Source: Candidatus Caldarchaeum sp.
GTDB taxonomy: Archaea; Thermoproteota; Nitrososphaeria_A; Caldarchaeales; Caldarchaeaceae
Assembly: GCA_038885755.1 (NCBI GenBank)
Contig: JAVZZH010000001.1
Span: forward strand, 544,558 to 608,557
DNA length: 64,000 nucleotides
Direction of reading: 5' to 3'
Below are positions 28,192 through 36,574 of this stretch, piece after piece; positions within the stretch are counted from its first letter, which is position 1, and every line of letters begins with the position of its first letter. Under the pieces are notes generated by a model. That model ran no database searches. It saw only the letters and a program-made list of their open reading frames with translations, and was not told the origin of the DNA. Both the position numbers and the translations under genes were made by a program.

Positions 28192-29052
28192 TTGAAAGCC
28201 GCGCCGTCTTTCGAGGTTTTAACTCCCGCCTCTCTGGAGGAGGCGCTCAGCATTTTGTCGGAGGACGGTGATGCGTTGCCCTACGCCGGGGGAACTGACT
28301 TGATGCCCATGATGAGGCGTGGAAAGCTGGCGCCGAAGAAGGTTGTAGACCTTTCCGGACTCAGGCAGCTTTCCTACGTGAAAGCCGAGGGGAAGGTCTT
28401 CAGAGTAGGCGGGCTGACTCCGATACAGGACTTCGCCGTATCACCGGTCATACCCGACCGCTACCAGTCCGTGAAGTCTTTAACCGTTTACTTCGGCTCC
28501 GAGGCCACTAGACACATGGCTACCGTCGGCGGGAACCTGGCTTCCGGAGGAGAGAGGGATGTCCCGCTCATCCTCACCGCCTTGGACGGTGAAGTGAGGG
28601 TTGCTTCAGCGCGTGGAGAGAGGGTTGCAGGGCCGTCGGAGCTCCAGCTCAGGAGAGATGAACTCATCGTCGAGGCTAGGTTCGACGACTGGGGAGACAA
28701 AGCTTTCTCATGGTTTGCGAAGTTTGAGAAGAGAGCCTCCAACGGCATAGGCGTCGTGACGGCTGGGATAGCCGTGAGCGTCGAGGATGGCTTTGTGGAG
28801 AGGCTGCGCATAGTTTTGAACAGGGTTGAAGGCCGCAGGATGGGCAGGGTTCACGGGTTGGAGGAGGAGTTGACGGGCTGCAGGCTGTCGGAGACGAGGG
28901 TTAGGGAGGCGGTTGAACGCCATGTATCGCGGATAAAGCCGTCGTCGGACTTTAGAGCTTCTTCAGAGTTCAGGAAGCATGTTTCGAAGGTTTTGGTCAG
29001 GCGTGGGCTTGAATACTGCTGGAGGGTTTTAACAGGAAGTGGATGGGCGTGA
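28192..29052 (+). CDS. Molybdenum hydroxylase FAD-binding (medium) subunit
   Basis: Motifs 'AGGTDL', 'ATVGGNL' and 'SDFRAS.EFR'. Confidence 0.88.
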   Translation: MKAAPSFEVLTPASLEEALSILSEDGDALPYAGGTDLMPMMRRGKLAPKKVVDLSGLRQLSYVKAEGKVFRVGGLTPIQDFAVSPVIPDRYQSVKSLTVYFGSEATRHMATVGGNLASGGERDVPLILTALDGEVRVASARGERVAGPSELQLRRDELIVEARFDDWGDKAFSWFAKFEKRASNGIGVVTAGIAVSVEDGFVERLRIVLNRVEGRRMGRVHGLEEELTGCRLSETRVREAVERHVSRIKPSSDFRASSEFRKHVSKVLVRRGLEYCWRVLTGSGWA

Positions 29053-29516
29053 TCGTCGAGTTCGTTCTGAACGGCAGGAAGGTTAGCGTCGAAGTTGCGG
29101 GTAGAGACCGGTTGATGGATGCTCTATGGAAGCTCGGGATGAGGAGCGTCAAGGAGGGGTGTGGAGTGGGAGACTGTGGGTCATGCAACGTCTTGGTCGA
29201 CGGCAGGCTTGTGAACTCATGCCTGATGCTGGCGGTCCAGGCCCGTGGAAAGAATGTCTTGACGACTGAGGGGCTGGCTGAGGATGACAAGCTTCATCCG
29301 ATTCAGGAATACCTGCTCGAGTACACCGCCTCCCAGTGTGGCTACTGCATCCCGGGAATAGTGATGACAGCCAAGTACATATCAGACAACTATCCCAGCA
29401 TCTCCGAGGAATTGCTGCGACGCATCCTTATAGCCAACATCTGCCGGTGCGGTGGATACACGAGAATCGTCAAAGCAGTCGAGGCAGCTATCAAAAGTTC
29501 ACGGACACGAGCCTAG
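29043..29516 (+). CDS. Molybdenum hydroxylase 2x[2Fe-2S] (small) subunit
   Basis: Motifs 'GCGVGDCGSC', 'NSC', 'QCGYCIPG' and 'NICRC'. Confidence 0.92.
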   Translation: MGVIVEFVLNGRKVSVEVAGRDRLMDALWKLGMRSVKEGCGVGDCGSCNVLVDGRLVNSCLMLAVQARGKNVLTTEGLAEDDKLHPIQEYLLEYTASQCGYCIPGIVMTAKYISDNYPSISEELLRRILIANICRCGGYTRIVKAVEAAIKSSRTRA

Positions 29517-31704
29517 CCCGCGCCAGACCCTCAACGACTTTCTCAGGCGTTATCGGCAGGGACTTCACCCTGATTCTCAAGGCGTCGAACAAAGCGTTCG
29601 CGATTGCTGGTGCGGGGCCGTTTATGCTGGGCTCTCCGGCCGTCCTCGTACCGAGCGGGTTCATCTCGCTGGGGTTCTCCAAAACCTCTATCTCAACCGG
29701 AGGCAAGTCGGCCGACGTGGGCACCAAGTAGTCAGCTAGGTTTGCATTCAGGATTTTATGCTTCTTGCCCACCACGAGGGATTCTAGAAGGCCGTAGGCA
29801 ACTCCCTGAGTAAGCCCTCCCTCCAGCTGGGCCAGCAGAAACCCTCTGTTCACGACCTTGCCCACGTCGAACACGGCTACGAGTTTTTCGAGTTTCACAA
29901 CGCCCAGCTCGGTGTCTACCCTGACCTTGACTCCTACGACGCCGTATGTATACTGCAGGTAGGGTGTTCCCTTTCCCGTCTCGGGGCTGTAGTCGCATTC
30001 AGGCAGCTTGAATTCGGCGTACTCCTTCACCTCCTCCTTCAGAGACTTGACAAACTCTACAACGTTGAAACCCTTCCTGCCGACACCGGCAGCCTCGGTG
30101 TACATCTTCTCAAGCCTCTCTCTCAGCTTCAGGGACGCAAGTCTCACAGCGTTCCCGCCCATCAGAGTAGTTCTCGAAGCGAAAGTCCCTCCAGAGTCGG
30201 GAACTCGATGGGTCTCAACCCTCTCAACCAACACCCTCTCAACCGGAACTCCCAAAGCCTCTGCCGCTATCTTGGCCAACCCTCTCGAAGAACCGGTGCC
30301 GTACTCGGTGAGCGAGGTTTTGACGTGGACGTAGCCGTCGGGAGATATGCTTACCTCGGCGGACGATTTGTCCTCGCCCTCGGGGCCTAGGCTGTTTCCG
30401 TGCAGGACGAAAGCCACGCCGTATCCTTCCCCGAACTGCTTGTTTCTTCGGTTCCTCCAGCCTAGAAGGTCGGCGGCTCTTTCAGCCAGCTTATCGTACA
30501 CGGGGTTGTCCATCAGAACCGTGTCGGTCAGCGTTCTGCATCCCTTTCTCCAGACGTTTTTCAGCCGGAGCTCAATCGGGTCCATGCCAAGCTCGTTGGC
30601 TAAAACGTCCATCATCGACTCGACTGCGAAGTGAACTTGGGGGCATCCGAAACCCCTCATGGAGCCTGCCATGAGGTTGTTCGTGTAAACTAGGTAGGAG
30701 TCGACTCGGACGTTCTCAAACACGTAGGGTCCCGACGAGTGCGTTATTCCCCTCAGCATAACCAGAGGCCCGACGGATGCGTAAGCACCTGTGTCGAAGA
30801 ATATGTCGGCGTCTAGAGCCTTCAAGACACCGTCGTGCGAAGCACCTACTTTGTATCGCATTACGGCTGGATGCCTGTGGGAGTGGGCGATCATAGATTC
30901 GTCTCTGCTGTAGATGCATGCACACGGCCTTCCCGTCTTGAGAGCGGCCAATCCAGCCATGGCGCAGACATCCCATGGAGCCTCGTCGGACTTTCCACCG
31001 AAAGTCCCCCCCATAGCCATCGCAACCAGCCTTATCCTCTCCCTCGGAAGACCCAAGATCTTCGAAACTCCGCCGAGGACGTAGTATGGGTTTTGAATGC
31101 TTCCGTAGATCGTTAAACATCCATCAGCGTCGGGGACGGCGTAAGCCGCCTCAGGCTCTATCGGAGCAGGATCCTGCATCTGAGTCCTGAACTCATCCTG
31201 AACGACGACGTCCGACTGGCTGAAACCGAGGCTGACGTCGCCCTTTCTCACGATATATTTTTTTAACAAGTTTCCGCCGTCGTGAACCTTCGGAGCGCTG
31301 GGCTCCAGCGCAGCAACAGGGTCGTACACAGGCTCAAGCACTTCGTATTCGACGTCTACTTCCTCAACGCCCCTGTCTGCAGCCTCCTCGTCCACGGCAA
31401 CGACGAGCGCTACAGGGTCTGCGAGACACCTGACTTTGTCCGAGGCCAAGAAAGGCCTGTCGGGGACCACGGTACCAACTACGTTCTGTCCCGGAACATC
31501 CTTCGCCGTGAGAACCTCTACAACGCCAGCCACCTTGAGAGCTGCAGACACATCAACCCGTTTTATCAAGGCGTGAGGGTGTTCCGACCTCAACGCCTTG
31601 ACACGCAGAACGTTCTCTGGAACTATGTCAGCCGTGTAAATGGGCTTACCACGAACAGCGTCAACAGGGTCGTGCATCCTTGAACGAGTCAACACGATTA
31701 ACAC
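29491..31704 (-). CDS. Xanthine dehydrogenase-family molybdopterin-binding (large) subunit
   Basis: 'GGTFGGK', 'GSMRGFGCPQ', 'GTFASR' and catalytic Glu in 'AGEP'. The start may instead be 31677. Confidence 0.9.
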   Translation of the reverse strand: MLIVLTRSRMHDPVDAVRGKPIYTADIVPENVLRVKALRSEHPHALIKRVDVSAALKVAGVVEVLTAKDVPGQNVVGTVVPDRPFLASDKVRCLADPVALVVAVDEEAADRGVEEVDVEYEVLEPVYDPVAALEPSAPKVHDGGNLLKKYIVRKGDVSLGFSQSDVVVQDEFRTQMQDPAPIEPEAAYAVPDADGCLTIYGSIQNPYYVLGGVSKILGLPRERIRLVAMAMGGTFGGKSDEAPWDVCAMAGLAALKTGRPCACIYSRDESMIAHSHRHPAVMRYKVGASHDGVLKALDADIFFDTGAYASVGPLVMLRGITHSSGPYVFENVRVDSYLVYTNNLMAGSMRGFGCPQVHFAVESMMDVLANELGMDPIELRLKNVWRKGCRTLTDTVLMDNPVYDKLAERAADLLGWRNRRNKQFGEGYGVAFVLHGNSLGPEGEDKSSAEVSISPDGYVHVKTSLTEYGTGSSRGLAKIAAEALGVPVERVLVERVETHRVPDSGGTFASRTTLMGGNAVRLASLKLRERLEKMYTEAAGVGRKGFNVVEFVKSLKEEVKEYAEFKLPECDYSPETGKGTPYLQYTYGVVGVKVRVDTELGVVKLEKLVAVFDVGKVVNRGFLLAQLEGGLTQGVAYGLLESLVVGKKHKILNANLADYLVPTSADLPPVEIEVLENPSEMNPLGTRTAGEPSINGPAPAIANALFDALRIRVKSLPITPEKVVEGLARARLVSVNF

Positions 31705-31736
31705 CTAAGCCTCGCCACTTATATTTTTGCCTCTAC

Positions 31737-31756
31737 TGTTCGTGTTAACACTAACA
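31737..31756. promoter_or_regulatory. 20-bp near-perfect palindrome, candidate operator
   Basis: TGTTCGTGTT|AACACTAACA (one mismatched pair) lies between divergent genes. A half-site AACACGA occurs at 31691-31697. Confidence 0.5.
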
Positions 31757-31804
31757 AAAGCTCCACGCAACTCCTATAAACCACCTCTCCTTCCATACTC
31801 TGGT

Positions 31805-32509
31805 TTGTCGAGTAAACCAGACATAACTGCGTCGCTCATACTTGTCGACCTCCTCAAGACTCTTAAAACCATGATGGACTACAAAACCCTGTCGAAGCAT
31901 ACTGGAATACCTGTCTCAACACTGACTAGGTATGTCACTAACAAGACTCTTCCGAGGGGGAGGAAGATACCTGAGACTGTTGACAAGCTTTTGGAGCTGG
32001 TGAACATCGAGTCGTTCGTCCAGCAGCGCTTGGTCACTAACGGGGACGAGGTCGATGTTTCACAGGTCGTTGCTGAGAGCCAGCTCATCAAGCTCATCGT
32101 ACCTTACATGTACAGGGAGTTCATGGGGACGAAAATAGACTCTGTGCTCGCAGTGGACAAGGCAGGCCTTGTCGTAGCCACTGCTTTCGGCCTTGCGACG
32201 ATGAAGAAAACTTTCTACTGTGTGGGGAGCGAGACAGGGTTTCCCAATCGCTGGAAGGAGGTGAAGTACCGAGTGAGGGAGGCGAGGATTTGGTCTAAGG
32301 TCTACGTGCCCAGCACGGTTCTGAGAGACAACGTGCTTCTAACCATGGGTGTTTTGGACGACATCCTGCTTCTCAAGGAGCTCAGGAACAGGGTTGTGGA
32401 GTCTAGGGGCGAGATCACGGGAGTCTTCTCGATAGCTGCTAGCAGGGATCTCATGAAAAACCTCAAACCTTATCAGCTGGGGAAAGTGGTTAACCTAGTA
32501 AGCTTCTAA
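31805..32509 (+). CDS. HTH + phosphoribosyltransferase-like domain protein (putative regulator)
   Basis: HTH 'YKTLSKHTGIPVSTLTRYV' followed by a PRTase-like fold with a degenerate PRPP loop. The start is uncertain (ORF open from 31727). Confidence 0.7.
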   Translation: MSSKPDITASLILVDLLKTLKTMMDYKTLSKHTGIPVSTLTRYVTNKTLPRGRKIPETVDKLLELVNIESFVQQRLVTNGDEVDVSQVVAESQLIKLIVPYMYREFMGTKIDSVLAVDKAGLVVATAFGLATMKKTFYCVGSETGFPNRWKEVKYRVREARIWSKVYVPSTVLRDNVLLTMGVLDDILLLKELRNRVVESRGEITGVFSIAASRDLMKNLKPYQLGKVVNLVSF

Positions 32510-32847
32510 GCATACTCCCTCCACGTGTGGCCGCATCTGACACATCTGAAGAACTGCGTCATAGGTTCGTCGGCTGACCTAGTCTGTATCGTCCACCACT
32601 TCGCCTCGTTATGCCCACACTGAGGACACACGACGTCAAGCGTCGTCGGAAGAGGCGAGTTGGAGGGCTCGACGAGGACTACCGAGTCTCTGGACTGTGG
32701 ACTGGATTTGGTCTGCTTGAAGAGAACCTTCTCCTCAGCCGAATGTTTTTTGTAGCCGCATTTCCTGCACACCAGCGAGAGCTTACCATCTACCTTCGAG
32801 GGCGTTAATGCTTTACCGCAGTTCGGACAGAACTCCAACCCCATCAC
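32506..32847 (-). CDS. tfs: Transcription factor S (TFS)
   Basis: Two zinc ribbons and the acidic hairpin 'QTRSADEP'. Confidence 0.95.
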   Translation of the reverse strand: MMGLEFCPNCGKALTPSKVDGKLSLVCRKCGYKKHSAEEKVLFKQTKSSPQSRDSVVLVEPSNSPLPTTLDVVCPQCGHNEAKWWTIQTRSADEPMTQFFRCVRCGHTWREYA

Positions 32848-33122
32848 CTCAGCTCCAAAGCCTGTTTCTCAAGCTCCGCAATCAAATCCTTCAATTCCTT
32901 CAAAGCCTCCATCACAGCTTTCCGAGGCGTCGTCTTCCTCGGGTCAACCTTGACGGAGACGCTTACAACCCCCGTCAACGGATGCTCAACCCTGTAGCCG
33001 GCGTACTGGACACCGTCGAGGCCGTTCAGCCTCTCGGTAAGCATGCCTAGAAACGACTGGTCCTCCCCCACCACCTCGAACAACATAAAGTCGTCAGCCT
33101 CCTCCAGAACCCTTATCTTCAC
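32844..33122 (-). CDS. rpoL: RNA polymerase subunit Rpo11 (L)
   Basis: 'GEDQSF' and 'AGYRVEHPL'. The GTG start overlaps the csl4 stop (GTGA). Confidence 0.88.
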   Translation of the reverse strand: MKIRVLEEADDFMLFEVVGEDQSFLGMLTERLNGLDGVQYAGYRVEHPLTGVVSVSVKVDPRKTTPRKAVMEALKELKDLIAELEKQALELR

Positions 33123-33691
33123 CAAGCCGTCGACACCAGCTCCCTCAAAAACTGATTGTTGCCGTATTTTAGGACTGTTTTCCTCCTCTCCTTCGAGCCA
33201 CAGTTGCCGCAGACAAGCAGCTGGTCCTTTTTTTCCAGAGGCCTGCGGCAGACGCTGCAGAACGCCAGCACGACGCCGCATCCAGGCTTGTATATGTCGA
33301 ACGTGATAAGACCCCGGTATATGCTGGCCACCTCTAGAACAGCTATGTCTCCTATGCCGACGACGTCATCCATCTGCTCGTTTCTCCTGCCGAGAAGAAC
33401 GCCCGTTCTTCGGTGCTTGAGAGGTTTGTCAGGCAGCTTGACGAAAGCCCTCGCTACAGCTATCTTCTCCTGAACGTCTTTCACCTCTGCCACAACCCTG
33501 TCCCTCGCCCGGAGCTCCTGCTTCTCCTTGATGTTTAAAACGTTTACGTGTCGTTTGTTCATGTCGTAGGAGACCTTCCCGACGTAGACGGATTTGACGA
33601 TACCGCTGGAGTTGACGACCACGCCTTCGCCGGGCAGAAACTCCTCAATTACGCAGACAGGTTCTCCGGGCACAACCAAGGTCTTCCTCAT
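33119..33691 (-). CDS. csl4: Exosome complex RNA-binding protein Csl4
   Basis: 'VVPGE..EEFLPGEG', S1 domain and C-terminal zinc ribbon ending 'ERRK'. Confidence 0.88.
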   Translation of the reverse strand: MRKTLVVPGEPVCVIEEFLPGEGVVVNSSGIVKSVYVGKVSYDMNKRHVNVLNIKEKQELRARDRVVAEVKDVQEKIAVARAFVKLPDKPLKHRRTGVLLGRRNEQMDDVVGIGDIAVLEVASIYRGLITFDIYKPGCGVVLAFCSVCRRPLEKKDQLLVCGNCGSKERRKTVLKYGNNQFLRELVSTAW

Positions 33692-34767
33692 GATTCAACC
33701 TCCCTGAGCCGGCTCCAAAATCTCCGGGACGACTCCCTGTCAGACCATCCCCAAGGATACATCAACAACCCCTTGTCAACCACCTCATCCCATTCTAGAA
33801 GACCCAAAGCCACCAAGGACTCGGCTGGAAGGAGGAGTGGTTTGGAGAACTGGGTCTGGTCCTCGATGCTGAGACGTGGACAAGCGGTGTTTACGAAGGC
33901 CTCGAACTTATTCTCCAGCATTGTTGCCGGAGTGATTTCATCGCCAGTCAGCAAGTATGACTGTTTCCCGTGCCTGCGTAGAACCTTGTTTATTCTCAAG
34001 GCTAGGCCATGCCTTTTCTGGCCGGGCTTCACGCTGACCAGCACCCCAACACGGCTTGCTTTCCTGAAAGACTCGACCTGCGCGTATCTCTGTCTTAGAA
34101 TCCTATCCCTCATGCTACTGAGGTCGACGACCTTCTGCGTGTGTGGGTCTGCTGCGAAAACGGGTTTGCTGGTAAGCAGAGCCACTCCCAGCCCGTGGAA
34201 AACGCTCCCAACCACCAAGTAGGCGTCGACGCTGCTCTCTATCTTTTTCATCCCTGTGGCATCGCAGCCGAGCACTTGAGCCTCGTAGACTGAGTACATC
34301 TCAGGCTGGGCAGTCAAGACTTTGATTCCATCCCTCTCCAGAAGGTCGATGACGATGTTGAGTTGGTCAAGCCACTGAACGCTTGCCCCGAGACCAACAA
34401 CCCGGAAGCCGTGGAGAGCGCCGGTCATCTGCCCAGCCAAGCCACGCAAGGGAGCGTCGTCGGAGTACCTACATTCGACGTAGATTGTCGGAACCTTGTC
34501 TTTCCTCAGGAACCGGCTGTGGCCGAGGTGCACTATGGCGTCGACGTCCAGGGACGAGGCCTCGTCGTAAGCTACGTCGCATCCACCCCAGCAGTTAGAG
34601 CTGGAGTGGTAAACCTCGTAGCCCTCGGAGGCGATCCTCTCGCCCAGCCAGAAAGCCAGCTTTCTCAACCCCAGAGGCGATTGAACCAATACCCTGGAAG
34701 CAGAAACGTCTCTCAGCCATCTGAGGACGTGGTCGAGGTCAACCCTGCATCCGTCAACTACTCGCAT
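33688..34767 (-). CDS. dph2: Diphthamide biosynthesis protein Dph2
   Basis: Fe-S cysteines in 'GGCD', 'VLGCD' and 'TACPR'; also 'HLGHS' and 'KPGQ'. Confidence 0.92.
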   Translation of the reverse strand: MRVVDGCRVDLDHVLRWLRDVSASRVLVQSPLGLRKLAFWLGERIASEGYEVYHSSSNCWGGCDVAYDEASSLDVDAIVHLGHSRFLRKDKVPTIYVECRYSDDAPLRGLAGQMTGALHGFRVVGLGASVQWLDQLNIVIDLLERDGIKVLTAQPEMYSVYEAQVLGCDATGMKKIESSVDAYLVVGSVFHGLGVALLTSKPVFAADPHTQKVVDLSSMRDRILRQRYAQVESFRKASRVGVLVSVKPGQKRHGLALRINKVLRRHGKQSYLLTGDEITPATMLENKFEAFVNTACPRLSIEDQTQFSKPLLLPAESLVALGLLEWDEVVDKGLLMYPWGWSDRESSRRFWSRLREVES

Positions 34768-34831
34768 TCCTAGGCTTAGCGTCCTGCATCCAGTTAATAA
34801 ATGGATAACCTTTTTTGATAGGCGTTTTGAG

Positions 34832-36115
34832 GTGAAAAGTAAGATGGCCGACTATGATGTTTTGGTTGTCGGCGGCGGTATCCTAGGGCTCGCCTCAGCT
34901 TACTACGTCAAGCACAACAACAGGAGGCTTTCTGTCGGGTTGGTTGAGAAGGACAGGGATGTGGGGCAGGGCAACACGGCCAAAAGCGTCGGAGGATACC
35001 GTCAGGGCATCTTCACCTCTAAGGTGAACCAGGTGTTGTCCGAGACATCGATAGGGGTTTTCAGGGAGATTGAGAGGTCTGGAGAGGCTAAGCTCAACAT
35101 GAGGGAGGTTGGGTATCTGATACTGATGAGCAGGAGTAGAATGAGAAAGTTGGAGGGCGTAGTGGAGCAGTTTGTGAAATCAGGCAGGGCTGAGCTGCTC
35201 AACCAAGCCATGCTGAGGGAATACTTCGGCCTCCAAACATCGTTCGCCGGAGACGAGGAGGCGGCTTTGATGGGGCTTGAGGAGATAGTTTCAGGCCTCT
35301 ACGCCCCCTACTGCGGCATGCTCGACGTTGAGAAGCTGGTCGAGGCCTATAAAAGAAGATGTCTGAACGATGGCGTCGAGATAATTCCGAACAAAAAAGT
35401 TGACAGGATCGTGCTCGAGCCCGAGACTCCGCTGGGAATTCCTAACGAGCCGAGGGCCTGGCAGAAGACGCGGGTAGCCGGGGTGAGGATGGGGGAAGAT
35501 GTTTTGAGAGGTGAGAGGTTTGTAGTAGCCGCGGGCAGCTGGACTCCCGAGCTTCTCGACCCGATAGGGGTGGATTGCTTCGTAAAGCCCAAGAAGAGAC
35601 AGCTGTACGCCGTGAAGGCCTCGGGCGGCTTGGAGCAGCTTCTTCAAACCAAATGGGCGGGGGAAAGGCCTCTGCCTTTCATGTTCTTCCCCAACGGATT
35701 GTACGTAGTTCCACGGGTTGATGAAAAATCTTTCTGGGTCAGCTTGACAGATGACATAGGAAGGCCTTTCGGACACGACTACGAGCCGGAGCCGAATTTC
35801 TACTACGAAATCATCCATCCTGTTCTGCAGAAGTATCTACCCCCATTCTCGAACGCAAGGCCCTACAACATGTGGGCTGGATGCTACTCGATGAACAACC
35901 TCGACGGAAACCCTCTAGTCTTCAAGTTTCTCAACTGCGTGGTGGCAACAGGTGCCAGCGGCAGCGGGGTGATGAAGTCGGACGCCGTCGGAAGAATAGC
36001 CGAGGCTGTGCTTTTCGACAGACCGTACGCGGAGCTGCACGGGGGAGTCAAGTTCGACGTCTCGATAATCGGCGTTGAGAACAGGCGCGTCGACAAAGAG
36101 TATTTCATCCTCTAG
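34832..36115 (+). CDS. FAD-dependent oxidoreductase (DAO/sarcosine oxidase beta-like)
   Basis: Motifs 'VVGGGILG', 'AAGSW', 'WAGCY' and 'SGSGVMK'. Confidence 0.85.
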   Translation: MKSKMADYDVLVVGGGILGLASAYYVKHNNRRLSVGLVEKDRDVGQGNTAKSVGGYRQGIFTSKVNQVLSETSIGVFREIERSGEAKLNMREVGYLILMSRSRMRKLEGVVEQFVKSGRAELLNQAMLREYFGLQTSFAGDEEAALMGLEEIVSGLYAPYCGMLDVEKLVEAYKRRCLNDGVEIIPNKKVDRIVLEPETPLGIPNEPRAWQKTRVAGVRMGEDVLRGERFVVAAGSWTPELLDPIGVDCFVKPKKRQLYAVKASGGLEQLLQTKWAGERPLPFMFFPNGLYVVPRVDEKSFWVSLTDDIGRPFGHDYEPEPNFYYEIIHPVLQKYLPPFSNARPYNMWAGCYSMNNLDGNPLVFKFLNCVVATGASGSGVMKSDAVGRIAEAVLFDRPYAELHGGVKFDVSIIGVENRRVDKEYFIL

Positions 36116-36574
36116 GTGGGCTTGTTGAGGGTGTGGTATTTCGCGTATGGCTCAAACTTAGACCAGGAGGGGATGAGGAGGAGGGTTGGAGGCTGGCACG
36201 ACCTCAAGCCAGCCAAGCTCAAAGGGTTTAAGCTGGTTTTCGACATCTACTCCAGCTCTTGGAGAGGCGGCGTCGCGGACGTTGTCGAGGATGAGTCTGG
36301 CATCGTATACGGTGCAGCCTACCTTCTGGACGAGGAGCAGCTGGAGAAGCTCGACAGATACGAGGGTGTTCCACATCTCTACCACAGGCGTAAAGTAGTG
36401 ATAGAGGTCGAGGGCGCGCAGGTTGAAGCCTTCATATACGTGGGCAGCAGCCCGCGGCCATCCGTCAAGCCTTCGGCAGAATACGTCGCCCTCATGGTTA
36501 AGGGGCTGAAGAGAATAGGGCACGGTGATGAAGCTTTAAAGGCTGTACGGGAGGCAGCTGAGTCCAGACCGTGA
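36116..36574 (+). CDS. Gamma-glutamylcyclotransferase family protein
   Basis: Motifs 'YFAYGSNL' and 'LDRYEG'. Confidence 0.9.
   Translation: MGLLRVWYFAYGSNLDQEGMRRRVGGWHDLKPAKLKGFKLVFDIYSSSWRGGVADVVEDESGIVYGAAYLLDEEQLEKLDRYEGVPHLYHRRKVVIEVEGAQVEAFIYVGSSPRPSVKPSAEYVALMVKGLKRIGHGDEALKAVREAAESRP

Noticed and set aside
28192-31704. Aerobic CO dehydrogenase (coxMSL)
   Set aside because: The large subunit has GSMRGFG, not the AYRCSFR or AYRGAGR CoxL motifs.
33123-33281. Long N-terminal extensions of RpoL (and similarly S13, LutB, PCuAC) in the ORF track
   Set aside because: They overlap neighbouring genes or promoter regions. Downstream starts give normal lengths and typical coupling.
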